A DNA stretch of 64,000 nucleotides from an uncultured virus (IMG/VR IMGVR_UViG_3300012665_000858) (lineage: Duplodnaviria; Heunggongvirae; Uroviricota; Caudoviricetes). Location of the stretch: the IMG/VR virus record IMGVR_UViG_3300012665_000858; one strand, given 5' to 3'. Positions 40,071 through 48,994 of this stretch are shown piece by piece; the first letter of the stretch is position 1; every line of letters begins with the position of its first letter. The notes under the pieces were generated by a model that was not told where the DNA came from, did no database searches, and was given only the letters and a program-made list of their open reading frames with translations. Both the position numbers and the translations under genes were made by a program.

Positions 40071-40794
40071 TGAAACAAGTCTACTAGCCAACGATCTAGT
40101 TAATCTAGTAAATCGTGTATTCGAAGTAGACAATTATAAATCAAAAATGGGCGATGACGAAGACGTTGTTGTTTTAAGTTTTACTGTTGAAAGTCGTGTG
40201 CCTGCTGAAGACTTAGTTAGTTTTGTAGAGAAAGGTTATGCCTTTGTTCTAGATGCTGACATGAGCCCTGGTGAGTTAGAAGACGGTAAGTATCGTGTAT
40301 TTGTAGAACTACAAAGAACTAGCAAAGTTACAGAACAAATCAGTGACATGTTATACGGTATTGCTAAACTAACTGGTATTGATAATTTTGCATTTAGGTA
40401 TCATAAAAGTTTTGACAGCCTAGATGCTAACCAAGAAAAATTAGATGAAATTGTTCCTACCAATGCTATGCTGTACAAACAGCGTATGCAAGAACAAGAG
40501 TTAAATAGTTACGAACAATTCTTCAACAATAGTATGTTAGAAAGTGTTCGTATGGACGGTGATATCATTGAATTTAAAAAGATATATGCCGCGCCATTAA
40601 AGTTCAAGTACCTGACATTTGGCGGTACAAGAGAAGTATTAGAAAGCGTAGAAGACAGAATCGCTGTCTCGCACAACGATATGGCCGAAGTTATGTTTTT
40701 AACCAAGTACATTGGCAACTATAATATTACCAAATTGGGTAATAAGTTCATGTTTGAAAACAAAGGCCGTGCGATCATTTTGGAGAAACTATAA
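40051..40794 (+). CDS. hypothetical protein
   Basis: In-frame GTG at 40051 preceded by GGAGG; start is uncertain. Confidence 0.7.
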   Translation: MHHQPLNETSLLANDLVNLVNRVFEVDNYKSKMGDDEDVVVLSFTVESRVPAEDLVSFVEKGYAFVLDADMSPGELEDGKYRVFVELQRTSKVTEQISDMLYGIAKLTGIDNFAFRYHKSFDSLDANQEKLDEIVPTNAMLYKQRMQEQELNSYEQFFNNSMLESVRMDGDIIEFKKIYAAPLKFKYLTFGGTREVLESVEDRIAVSHNDMAEVMFLTKYIGNYNITKLGNKFMFENKGRAIILEKL

Positions 40795-41420
40795 TGAGTT
40801 TTACATTTGAATTTAAGAAAGAGCATCTAGCAGAAGTTATTCGCGGTAACCCTTATGTAGATCATTGGTACCATGCACTATGCGAAATATTGCCAGAGTA
40901 CGACATTAATACACCAGAGCGTGTAGCGGCTTTCCTAGCACAATGCGCTCATGAGAGCGGTGGCTTCAAATTCCTTAAAGAAAATTTAAATTACAAGGCG
41001 GCAAGTTTACGTAAAGTATTTCCCAAGTACTTTCCGTCAGATGACCTAGCACAAGCATATGAAAAGAAACCAGAGAAAATCGCTAACAGAATTTATGGCA
41101 ACCGTATGGGTAACGGACCAGAAGAGTCCGGAGATGGTTTCCGTTACTGCGGCAGAGGTCTTATCCAACTTACAGGAAAAGACAATTACAGTTGGTTTGC
41201 CGCAAGTTTGGAAATCCCTGTCGAAGAAGCATCAGAATACTTAGAGACATTTGAAGGCGCTGTACAAAGTGCTTGTTGGTTCTGGGAAACAAACAATTTA
41301 AATCAATGGGCAGACAAGGGCGATATCCTAACATTGACTAAACGCATTAACGGCGGTACAATCGGTTTAGAAGATCGTATCAAGCATTACAATCACGCAT
41401 TGCATGTACTAGGCGCTTAA
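40794..41420 (+). CDS. glycoside hydrolase family 19 endolysin
   Basis: FLAQCAHES, ENLNY, GRGLIQLTG, INGGTIGLEDR. Confidence 0.92.
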   Translation: MSFTFEFKKEHLAEVIRGNPYVDHWYHALCEILPEYDINTPERVAAFLAQCAHESGGFKFLKENLNYKAASLRKVFPKYFPSDDLAQAYEKKPEKIANRIYGNRMGNGPEESGDGFRYCGRGLIQLTGKDNYSWFAASLEIPVEEASEYLETFEGAVQSACWFWETNNLNQWADKGDILTLTKRINGGTIGLEDRIKHYNHALHVLGA

Positions 41421-41421
41421 T

Positions 41422-41889
41422 ATGTGGCAACTTCAGTGGATGCTTAGTTTAATTCCAGATAGTTTGTTTATCTGGGTTACTTATATCCTGATGATTATAG
41501 GAGCAGGGTTGTATGTGGCTAGTAAACTAGTCAAATGGATTCCGTTAATGGGCCAATACAAACTTCCCGCAGAACTAATCGGTGTTGTTGTATTGTTAGC
41601 AGGAACATATCTGTTCGGCGGTTACAGTGTTGAAATGTCTTGGCGCGACAAGGTGCGTGTACTTGAAGAAAAAGTAAAAGCGGCAGAAGCAAAAAGCCAA
41701 GAAGTTAAAGTGCAGATACAAGAAAAAATAGTTTACAAGACTAAAGTTGTAAAAGAAAAAGAAACTGTATACATAGACCGTATTAAAGAAATTGCCAAGG
41801 AAATAGATGCTAAATGTGAAGTTGATCCAAGAGTAGTAGAACAACTTAACAAAGCATCAGAAGATCCTTTTAAGGGAGATGCTAAATGA
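41422..41889 (+). CDS. putative inner-membrane spanin (Rz-like)
   Basis: N-terminal TM helices, coiled coil and Cys; directly after the endolysin. Confidence 0.65.
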   Translation: MWQLQWMLSLIPDSLFIWVTYILMIIGAGLYVASKLVKWIPLMGQYKLPAELIGVVVLLAGTYLFGGYSVEMSWRDKVRVLEEKVKAAEAKSQEVKVQIQEKIVYKTKVVKEKETVYIDRIKEIAKEIDAKCEVDPRVVEQLNKASEDPFKGDAK

Positions 41890-42149
41890 AATACGTTATT
41901 TTAGCATTTGCAATATTACTAACAGGTTGTTCTACAGCACCGGTAATAATGAAATTCCCCGAGGCGCCCGAAGCATTGATGCAAAAATGCGAGGATCTTG
42001 ATAAAATTCCAGCAGACACCAAGCAACTTAGTACCACGGCAGAAGTGGTTATAAAAAATTATGGCAAATACCATGTTTGCCGTATTAAAGTCGAAGAATG
42101 GCAAGAATGGTATAACGCTAACAAAAAAATCTTCGAATCAGTTAAATAG
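41886..42149 (+). CDS. putative outer-membrane spanin lipoprotein (Rz1-like)
   Basis: LTGC lipobox; P..P..L...C..L...NY..YH.C pattern. Confidence 0.7.
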   Translation: MKYVILAFAILLTGCSTAPVIMKFPEAPEALMQKCEDLDKIPADTKQLSTTAEVVIKNYGKYHVCRIKVEEWQEWYNANKKIFESVK

Positions 42150-42173
42150 TAGTATATTAAGTAGGAGCGAGCA

Positions 42174-42737
42174 ATGGCATTAATTGACAGCGTATTAAAT
42201 TTAGTAAACAAGCAACCAAAAGATCCGGATGCACCTAAGCCTCCAGTAGGATCACGTAGCGAACGTGAAGCAAAGTTAAAAGACAAAGCAGGTATGGTTA
42301 TTTCCATTTTTGCGTTGTTACTAGCAGTTAACGCATGGTACGGCGGGAAACTATCCAGCACAGTATTAAACAATACACTGGGCGCCAACAATGCGTGGGC
42401 GCAGTATCAAGCAAAGAACAATCGTTTAGTTAGTTTTGAAATTGCCAGTAAGACCACTAGTGATCCGAAACTAAAAGCAGAGTTCAAAGCAGAAGCAGAG
42501 CGCATGGACAGCGATAAGAAAGAAATTGCCGTCAATGCACGTAAGATGGAAGCAGAGCGTGAACTTGCTAAAAAGTCTAGTCCATGGATTGGATATGCAT
42601 CAACAGCATACCAGTTGGCTATTGTTGTTCTATCAGCAAGTATTCTTGCAGTTAGCATGGCAATGTTTTGGGGTAGTTTTGTAGTAGCAGGATTGGGAAT
42701 TGTATTGAGCCTACAAGGCGCATTACTATTATTTTAA
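42174..42737 (+). CDS. DUF4337-like membrane protein
   Basis: TM helices with WAQYQAK motif. Confidence 0.65.
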   Translation: MALIDSVLNLVNKQPKDPDAPKPPVGSRSEREAKLKDKAGMVISIFALLLAVNAWYGGKLSSTVLNNTLGANNAWAQYQAKNNRLVSFEIASKTTSDPKLKAEFKAEAERMDSDKKEIAVNARKMEAERELAKKSSPWIGYASTAYQLAIVVLSASILAVSMAMFWGSFVVAGLGIVLSLQGALLLF

Positions 42738-42754
42738 AAATATAGGAGCAGGAA

Positions 42755-43270
42755 ATGAGCGAATCAGTTAACAGCGCAAGCGAACAAAAGAAAGAAGATT
42801 GGATGAACAGCAAGTGGCGTCCAATGATGGGCTGGATGTACATGGTTGTCTGTATGATGGACATGGTTGTATTTCCTATCTTGTGGAGTTTATTACAAAC
42901 TTTCCACCACCAAACAATAACACAATGGAATCCATTGACATTACAAGGTGCTGGTTTATTCCACATCGCAATGGGTGCAGTTTTAGGTATTGCGGCATTT
43001 GGTCGTACACAAGAAAAATTAGGCGGAGCAAACAATGGCGGAGCACAAACAGCAGTACCATCAAGCAACTTTACAGCACCTAGCGCACCTGCGCCAGGAT
43101 TTGGTGCCGCGCCTGGGGGCTTCAGTTCTCCAGCGCCAGCGCCAGCACCAGCCGCAAGTGGCTTTGGCGGAAGCGGGTTTGGAAGCGTACCTCCAGCGGC
43201 TAAACCGGCAGTAGGTTTTTCATCTTCAGGTAAACCTATGCCAGTACAACCTGAACAACCTGAACTTTAA
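42755..43270 (+). CDS. putative holin (GTA 3TM-like) with Pro/Gly tail
   Basis: WRPMMGW...LG....GRT.EK motif; in lysis cluster. Confidence 0.65.
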   Translation: MSESVNSASEQKKEDWMNSKWRPMMGWMYMVVCMMDMVVFPILWSLLQTFHHQTITQWNPLTLQGAGLFHIAMGAVLGIAAFGRTQEKLGGANNGGAQTAVPSSNFTAPSAPAPGFGAAPGGFSSPAPAPAPAASGFGGSGFGSVPPAAKPAVGFSSSGKPMPVQPEQPEL

Positions 43271-43282
43271 AAGGAAATATAA

Positions 43283-43495
43283 ATGAAAACATTCGTAGCA
43301 TTACTACTAACAGCGGCATTTGCAATGCCAACTTTGGCTGCTGAAGAAGCACCAAAAACTAAGAAGGCTTGCGTTACTCAAAAGGACGCAAAGACTGGAA
43401 AAGAAAAAGAAGTTTGTAAAACAGTCAAAGTACACAAGAAGCACGAAGGTACCAAAGTAGAAGGCACTAAGCCAGATACTGCGACTAAGAAATAA
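43283..43495 (+). CDS. small secreted basic protein
   Basis: Signal peptide ending ...TLA-AEE; two Cys. Confidence 0.65.
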   Translation: MKTFVALLLTAAFAMPTLAAEEAPKTKKACVTQKDAKTGKEKEVCKTVKVHKKHEGTKVEGTKPDTATKK

Positions 43496-43499
43496 ATTC

Positions 43500-43547
43500 T
43501 TGACATCTTGAGAAAGGTATAGTATAATTACTACTATACCTTTTTTT
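43500..43547 (+). terminator. intrinsic terminator overlapping the dnaJ sigma70 promoter
   Basis: AAAGGTATAGTA...TACTATACCTTTTTTT; TTGACA 43500-43505 and TATAAT 43523-43528. Confidence 0.75.
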
Positions 43548-43557
43548 ATCATACACT

Positions 43558-44382
43558 ATGGACTATTATTCAATACTAGGAATTTCAAAATCTGCTAATC
43601 AGGACGATATTAAAAAAGCATATCGTAAATTAGCATCTAAGCATCATCCTGACAGAGGCGGCGATACTGCTAAATTCCAGCAAATCGAAGAAGCGTATCG
43701 TACACTCAGCGATGATCAAACACGAGCACAATACGACAATCCAGCGCCGCAGTACAGTTTTAATACTGGTAACATGGGTGACATGAACGACTTGTTTGGT
43801 GCAATGTTTGGTGCAAGTCCGTTCGGTGCGGGCTTTAGACAGCAATCAAGAAAGAATAGAAATATCAACATTCGTGTTGAAATGACACTGGAAGAAATCT
43901 TAGTTGGCAAGGAAGTTACTGGTAGTATCAGACTACCCAGTGGCAAGGAACAGGCACTACAATTAAGTATTCCAAAAGGTGTTGCAAATGGAGATGCTAT
44001 ACGTTTCAGAGGGTTGGGAGAAGATAGTATTCCTAATGTGCCTCGCGGTGACGTAGTAGCACAAATAGTCGAATTGCCGCATCCTAGGTTTAAACGTGAC
44101 GGCAGAAATCTATATGCAGAAATTACTATCTCAGCATTTGATGCTATGCTAGGGAAAACTGTTAGATTTAATACATTAGAAGATAAAGAATTAGAAATCA
44201 AAATTCCGGCTGGAATACAGCCTGGACAGTTGATTAAATGCGATAGTTACGGACTTCCTGCAAGTCCTCACAATATTCATAGAGGTACTTTATTCATACA
44301 AGTACAAGTTTCAATTCCAAAAACATTGTTTACAGAAGATAGGAAACAAATTGAACAACTGTCAGATCGCTACAACGCCTGA
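43558..44382 (+). CDS. dnaJ: DnaJ-class chaperone (type II, no zinc finger)
   Basis: DYY.ILG, HPD, C-terminal DnaJ_C domain. Confidence 0.93.
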   Translation: MDYYSILGISKSANQDDIKKAYRKLASKHHPDRGGDTAKFQQIEEAYRTLSDDQTRAQYDNPAPQYSFNTGNMGDMNDLFGAMFGASPFGAGFRQQSRKNRNINIRVEMTLEEILVGKEVTGSIRLPSGKEQALQLSIPKGVANGDAIRFRGLGEDSIPNVPRGDVVAQIVELPHPRFKRDGRNLYAEITISAFDAMLGKTVRFNTLEDKELEIKIPAGIQPGQLIKCDSYGLPASPHNIHRGTLFIQVQVSIPKTLFTEDRKQIEQLSDRYNA

Positions 44383-44878
44383 TCAATTTCGATTAAGAGT
44401 TGACCCTGATCCATTACTGCATAAAAAGTTAGAACCTTTTGATTTTAACCGCGGGCTGGACACGGAAGAAATAGAACAGTCTATGATTGCAATCATGGAG
44501 GCTGGACTGGGCATGGGGATTGCCGCCAATCAAGTCGGTTTTGATCAACGGGTTATTATTCTTAAACTCAAAGGACAACTGCCATTTGCATTATTCAATC
44601 CTGAAATTATCAGCGGTGATGAAGAAGTTGTGGATGAAGAAGGGTGTTTGAGTTTTCCAAATCTGTTTATTAAGATTAATAGATTCAAAAATATTACCGT
44701 AAAATATCTTGACAAACTAGCAAAAGAATGTACAATTACTTTAAGCGGGTATGACGCTAAGTGTGTTCAACATGAAATTGATCACTTAGACGGTATTACG
44801 TTTACTAAACGAGTAAGTAAGTTAAAGTTAGATTTAGCACTGAAAAAACAGAGGAAATTAAATGGTAGAACCAAGTGA
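44351..44878 (+). CDS. def: peptide deformylase
   Basis: GMGIAANQ, EGCLS and QHEIDHLDG; TTG start uncertain. Confidence 0.93.
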   Translation: MNNCQIATTPDQFRLRVDPDPLLHKKLEPFDFNRGLDTEEIEQSMIAIMEAGLGMGIAANQVGFDQRVIILKLKGQLPFALFNPEIISGDEEVVDEEGCLSFPNLFIKINRFKNITVKYLDKLAKECTITLSGYDAKCVQHEIDHLDGITFTKRVSKLKLDLALKKQRKLNGRTK

Positions 44879-47102
44879 TCAACTGCAAGTAGTTTTTGAA
44901 AAGGCTGTTGCAGATTGCAAAAAATTAGGACACGAATACGTAACGTTGGAGCATCTCATCTTTGCTATGCTCTGCGAAGAAAAGTTCTACGAACTGCTTG
45001 TAAACTTTGGAGGTGATGGAGATTATATTAAAAAGAATCTCGAGCATTATCTCAAAAATCAATTAGACGAAATTAAAATTGATCCTATTCCTAAAGGATT
45101 TAAGCCTAAAAAGACGCAGACTGTTGAACGTGTGCTTAATCGTGCATTCACACAAGTACTGTTCAGTGGACGTCAAAGCATTGAGTTAGTCGATGTCTTT
45201 ATGAGTGCGTTGAGTGAAAAGCGTAGTTACGCCGTATTTTATATTAATAAAGGCGGAGTGGACCGTGAAAAGTTTGCTGACTTTATTAACAGCGAAATCG
45301 ACGAGGAAGAAGAAGAACACGTAACAGATGCACAGAGCGAAAAGGCACTGAAGGCATTTACAACTAATCTTAACGATCAAGTTAAGAAGAATAAAATTGA
45401 TCCTGTTATCGGTCGTACAGAAGAACTGGAGCAAATTGCTCTTGGACTAGGACGCAGAACTAAAAACAATGTGTTATTAGTTGGTGATCCAGGTGTAGGT
45501 AAGACTGCTATTGCCGAAGGTCTTGCTCATAATATTATCAACAAGGAAGTTCCCGACTTCTTAAAAGAGTACACAGTCTATAATTTAGACATCAGTGCTA
45601 TGCTGGCTGGTAGTAAGTATCGCGGCGACTTTGAAGAGCGTTTCAAACTTGTGTTGAAGGCACTACAAGGTAAGGGTAAAACAGTATTGTTTATCGACGA
45701 AGCACACATGATCAGTGGTGCAGGTGCAGGTGGACAAGGTAACGCCAACGACTTGGCTAATATGATGAAGCCTGCACTGAGCAAAGGCAACATTAAAGTT
45801 GTGGCAAGCACTACCTGGGAAGAGTATCGCAAATACTTTGAAAAGGATCGTGCATTGATGCGCCGTTTCCAACGTATTACAGTTGACGAGCCTACTCCAG
45901 AAATGGCTGTGGAAATCCTTAAAGGTATCAAGAAGTACTACGAAAAGCATCACGGTGCAGAAATTACCGATGCGGCTATCGAAACAGCAGTTAAATTATC
46001 TGTAAAATACATGACTGATAAGAAGTTGCCAGATAAGGCAATCGATTTGATTGACGTTGCATGTAGTCGTTTCAATATTAAAAATGCGGAACATAAACTA
46101 GTGGATGTTTCAGAGATCCAATATGAACTTGCCAAGATGGTTAAACTTCCCGAAGACACAGTCAAGGAAAAGGAAAACGAGAATCTCGTTAACCTTGAAA
46201 AGAACCTTAAAGGCGAAGTGTACGGACAAGATGCCGCAGTAGACGAAATTGTGGATAAGATCCTCGTTGCACAGGCAGGTTTAAAATCCGACAATAAGCC
46301 AGTCGGTAGTTTTGTGTTTATGGGTCCAACAGGTGTTGGTAAAACAGAAGCCGCTAAACAACTTAGTAAACAACTGGGTGTTCCGCTTATTCGATTCGAT
46401 ATGTCAGAGTATCAAGAGAAGCACAGCGTATCCAAGTTAATCGGTAGCCCTCCGGGTTATGTTGGCTTTGAAGAAAACGCCGGCTTGTTGATTACTAAAC
46501 TGCAAGAGAATCCACATTGTGTTCTATTGCTAGACGAAATTGAAAAGTCACACCCAGACGTGTCTACTATCTTGTTGCAAATCATGGATAACGGATTTGT
46601 CACAGGATCTAATGGTAAAGTAGCAGATGCTCGTAACATTATTTTAATTATGACTACTAACCTTGGCGCACAGGATGCCGAAAAGAATATAATCGGGTTT
46701 GGTAGCCAGGATAATGACTATGAAGATAAAGAACTTAAGAAATTCTTTGCTCCTGAATTCCGTAATCGTTTAGATGGTATTGTTACATTTGGCAAGTTAA
46801 GCAAAGAAACAATGATTAAGATTGTGGGTAAATTCTTAGTAGAACTTAAAACACAAGTCAAAGACAAAGGCATTAAGATTACTATTAGTAACGATGCCAT
46901 TGACTACTTGGTAGATAAAGGATTCGATAAGAAGATGGGTGCTCGTCCATTGCAACGTGTAATCGATAAAGACATTAAACGTCCATTGTCTAAACTCATG
47001 TTGTTTGGTAGTCTAAAATCAGGCGGTGCTGTAAACATTGCTGTTGAAGACAACGAAATTAAACTCGAAACAGAGAATGAGACCGTACAAGCAAACATCT
47101 AA
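44862..47102 (+). CDS. clpA: ATP-dependent Clp protease ATPase subunit ClpA
   Basis: Clp N-domain, two Walker A (GDPGVGKT, GPTGVGKT), IGF loop, no ClpB middle domain. Confidence 0.93.
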   Translation: MVEPSDQLQVVFEKAVADCKKLGHEYVTLEHLIFAMLCEEKFYELLVNFGGDGDYIKKNLEHYLKNQLDEIKIDPIPKGFKPKKTQTVERVLNRAFTQVLFSGRQSIELVDVFMSALSEKRSYAVFYINKGGVDREKFADFINSEIDEEEEEHVTDAQSEKALKAFTTNLNDQVKKNKIDPVIGRTEELEQIALGLGRRTKNNVLLVGDPGVGKTAIAEGLAHNIINKEVPDFLKEYTVYNLDISAMLAGSKYRGDFEERFKLVLKALQGKGKTVLFIDEAHMISGAGAGGQGNANDLANMMKPALSKGNIKVVASTTWEEYRKYFEKDRALMRRFQRITVDEPTPEMAVEILKGIKKYYEKHHGAEITDAAIETAVKLSVKYMTDKKLPDKAIDLIDVACSRFNIKNAEHKLVDVSEIQYELAKMVKLPEDTVKEKENENLVNLEKNLKGEVYGQDAAVDEIVDKILVAQAGLKSDNKPVGSFVFMGPTGVGKTEAAKQLSKQLGVPLIRFDMSEYQEKHSVSKLIGSPPGYVGFEENAGLLITKLQENPHCVLLLDEIEKSHPDVSTILLQIMDNGFVTGSNGKVADARNIILIMTTNLGAQDAEKNIIGFGSQDNDYEDKELKKFFAPEFRNRLDGIVTFGKLSKETMIKIVGKFLVELKTQVKDKGIKITISNDAIDYLVDKGFDKKMGARPLQRVIDKDIKRPLSKLMLFGSLKSGGAVNIAVEDNEIKLETENETVQANI

Positions 47103-47721
47103 ACTGTTCTTTGACAAGTATGTCAATAAGATTAGTATAACAAATGTGTTAGCGGCTGAGTTTCGTAGTAAAAGTCTAGTCCGGGCAGATATTCAAATTA
47201 AGGCTATTGCTAGTCAAATTGAAAAGAGCCCGGACGGACGTATAAAACTTAAATCGTGGTATAGCAAACATGCCACTGTTGCCGATATAATGTACGTAAC
47301 TAAACTCATTGATATACTGCGCAATGAAACGGACTTTTGTTTGCGGGTAGAAAGTGATGTACTGGGCATTTATACCAACGACGACTCATTGGTTGAGCGC
47401 ATTTATCAATTAGGCAATGTGAGAGATGTGTCTAAACCAGCCGACGACAAGATTAGGGCATTTTTACTAGCAACGCCCAATGCAATTATATCTAAAAAGT
47501 ACACTCATAAGTACAGAGTCACTGTGAATCCGTTACGTGATGCATCTGATAGTTTTCATTCGTGGGCTGAAAAACTGCCCAGCATCAAACTACTCAAGCG
47601 TACCTATCGGTCGGAAGGCTATTTTTATGCGGCCAACGACAAAACTTTGGGAATGTGCAAGATATTCCTGGGCAATAAGATACGCAGAGTGGATGAAATG
47701 TTCCTGGTCAGCGAAATTTAA
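47077..47721 (+). CDS. hypothetical protein
   Basis: In-frame ATG 47077 overlapping the clpA end. Confidence 0.7.
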   Translation: MRPYKQTSKLFFDKYVNKISITNVLAAEFRSKSLVRADIQIKAIASQIEKSPDGRIKLKSWYSKHATVADIMYVTKLIDILRNETDFCLRVESDVLGIYTNDDSLVERIYQLGNVRDVSKPADDKIRAFLLATPNAIISKKYTHKYRVTVNPLRDASDSFHSWAEKLPSIKLLKRTYRSEGYFYAANDKTLGMCKIFLGNKIRRVDEMFLVSEI

Positions 47722-47737
47722 TACAGTTGTAAAATAG

Positions 47738-47762
47738 CATAAATACTCTATTACTGGAGTAT
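47738..47762 (+). promoter_or_regulatory. late promoter with hairpin, heading the internal-protein cluster
   Basis: CATAAATA; ATACTCTA-TTAC-TGGAGTAT stem. Confidence 0.6.
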
Positions 47763-47798
47763 GTATATCCGCGAGCCTCCGCAGAACATGGTGATTAT

Positions 47799-48143
47799 AT
47801 GAAAATAAATGATGTAGATAAGCAGTCAGATAAGTTTAATGAAGTTGACTTTGTTGACGATTTAAAGTTTTTTATGCACAACGACCCGCGATTTTATCGT
47901 AAAGTAGTCTATCCAGTAATTGCTGAACTCAAGGGTAAGTTAAAATCCGGCGGTAAATGCAATGAAATGTCATTTATGTCATGCATCGATAAGGCTATTC
48001 CAACATATTGCAACAGATTTAAAATAACACAGAATCCTAAAGTGTTGTTTGATCCCGAGGAAGTTAAAGATTTAGCCGTTAAAATGTTTCATGAAGAAAA
48101 GCATAACATTGAAAACGGTGTATATGACGGGAGAGACGAATGA
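47799..48143 (+). CDS. hypothetical late protein
   Basis: 114 aa ORF after a late promoter. Confidence 0.75.
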   Translation: MKINDVDKQSDKFNEVDFVDDLKFFMHNDPRFYRKVVYPVIAELKGKLKSGGKCNEMSFMSCIDKAIPTYCNRFKITQNPKVLFDPEEVKDLAVKMFHEEKHNIENGVYDGRDE

Positions 48144-48994
48144 TTTTATTAGAAGGCGGAAATGTATTTCCGGACGTAGACCCGTTTAGTAAAGAAGAAG
48201 CACAAGATGTACTAGCAAAGGCACAATCAATGATGCCACAGGGCATCGATTTGATTCCCGTAGGCAGTGCAGGACATAAAGCCAGTTCAGGTGACATGGA
48301 TTTAATGGTCGATGAAACTGCTATGTTAGAATTCTTCAAAGTTAAGACGGCTAAAGAAGCAAGACAAAAGTTAAAAACATACTTTCAGGACAGAGGCACA
48401 GAAAGCGCACTGACTGGAATCAATGTACACATTAAAGTACCCAATGGTGATAAGTTTGCACAAGCAGATATTATGTTTGTCAAAGATGCCGGCTCTGTCA
48501 GCAAGTTTCATCAACATGATTATAGTATAGAGGCCACTCCATTTAAAGGTGTACACAAACATATTTTACTTTCAAGCATTGCCAAAGAAACACGCAACCA
48601 AGCATATCCGTATGGACTTATGTGGAGTGGATTCCAAGGACTATTTGGAAGAGACGAGAACGGAAAGAAAGGCGAGTTTATCACGCACGATGCTGATAAG
48701 GTTGCTAAAATTTTATTAGGTTCGCAAGCCAGTGCCAGTGACTTAGGCAACGTTGAACGAATCATCGATGCACTGCCAGGTAAAGAAAAGAATCCTAAAA
48801 TTCAACATGCCCTCGCTGATGAAAATTGGCCAGGTAATGAAGGTCGAAAGCCAGAAGATGTTAAAGAAGGATCCAGTGAATGGTTTACTTGGATGCAAGG
48901 TGTTGTCGAAGGCACACACGGACGTTATTGGTGTAGTACAGATAAGAAATGGAAAGAACGTAAAGGTCCTAAGCAGTCAAGGGGCAACGAATGA
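48140..48994 (+). CDS. putative Pol-beta superfamily nucleotidyltransferase
   Basis: VGSAG....SGDMDLMV (GS...DxD) plus third Asp in QADIMF. Confidence 0.6.
   Translation: MILLEGGNVFPDVDPFSKEEAQDVLAKAQSMMPQGIDLIPVGSAGHKASSGDMDLMVDETAMLEFFKVKTAKEARQKLKTYFQDRGTESALTGINVHIKVPNGDKFAQADIMFVKDAGSVSKFHQHDYSIEATPFKGVHKHILLSSIAKETRNQAYPYGLMWSGFQGLFGRDENGKKGEFITHDADKVAKILLGSQASASDLGNVERIIDALPGKEKNPKIQHALADENWPGNEGRKPEDVKEGSSEWFTWMQGVVEGTHGRYWCSTDKKWKERKGPKQSRGNE

Noticed and set aside
47111..47126. Palindrome TTGACA-AGTA-TGTCAA
   Set aside because: Inside a CDS, seen only once, and the nearest -10-like box is 19 nt away; may be chance
47761..47802. 13-codon uORF overlapping ATG 47799
   Set aside because: GGAG is only 1 nt from its ATG and there is no other support
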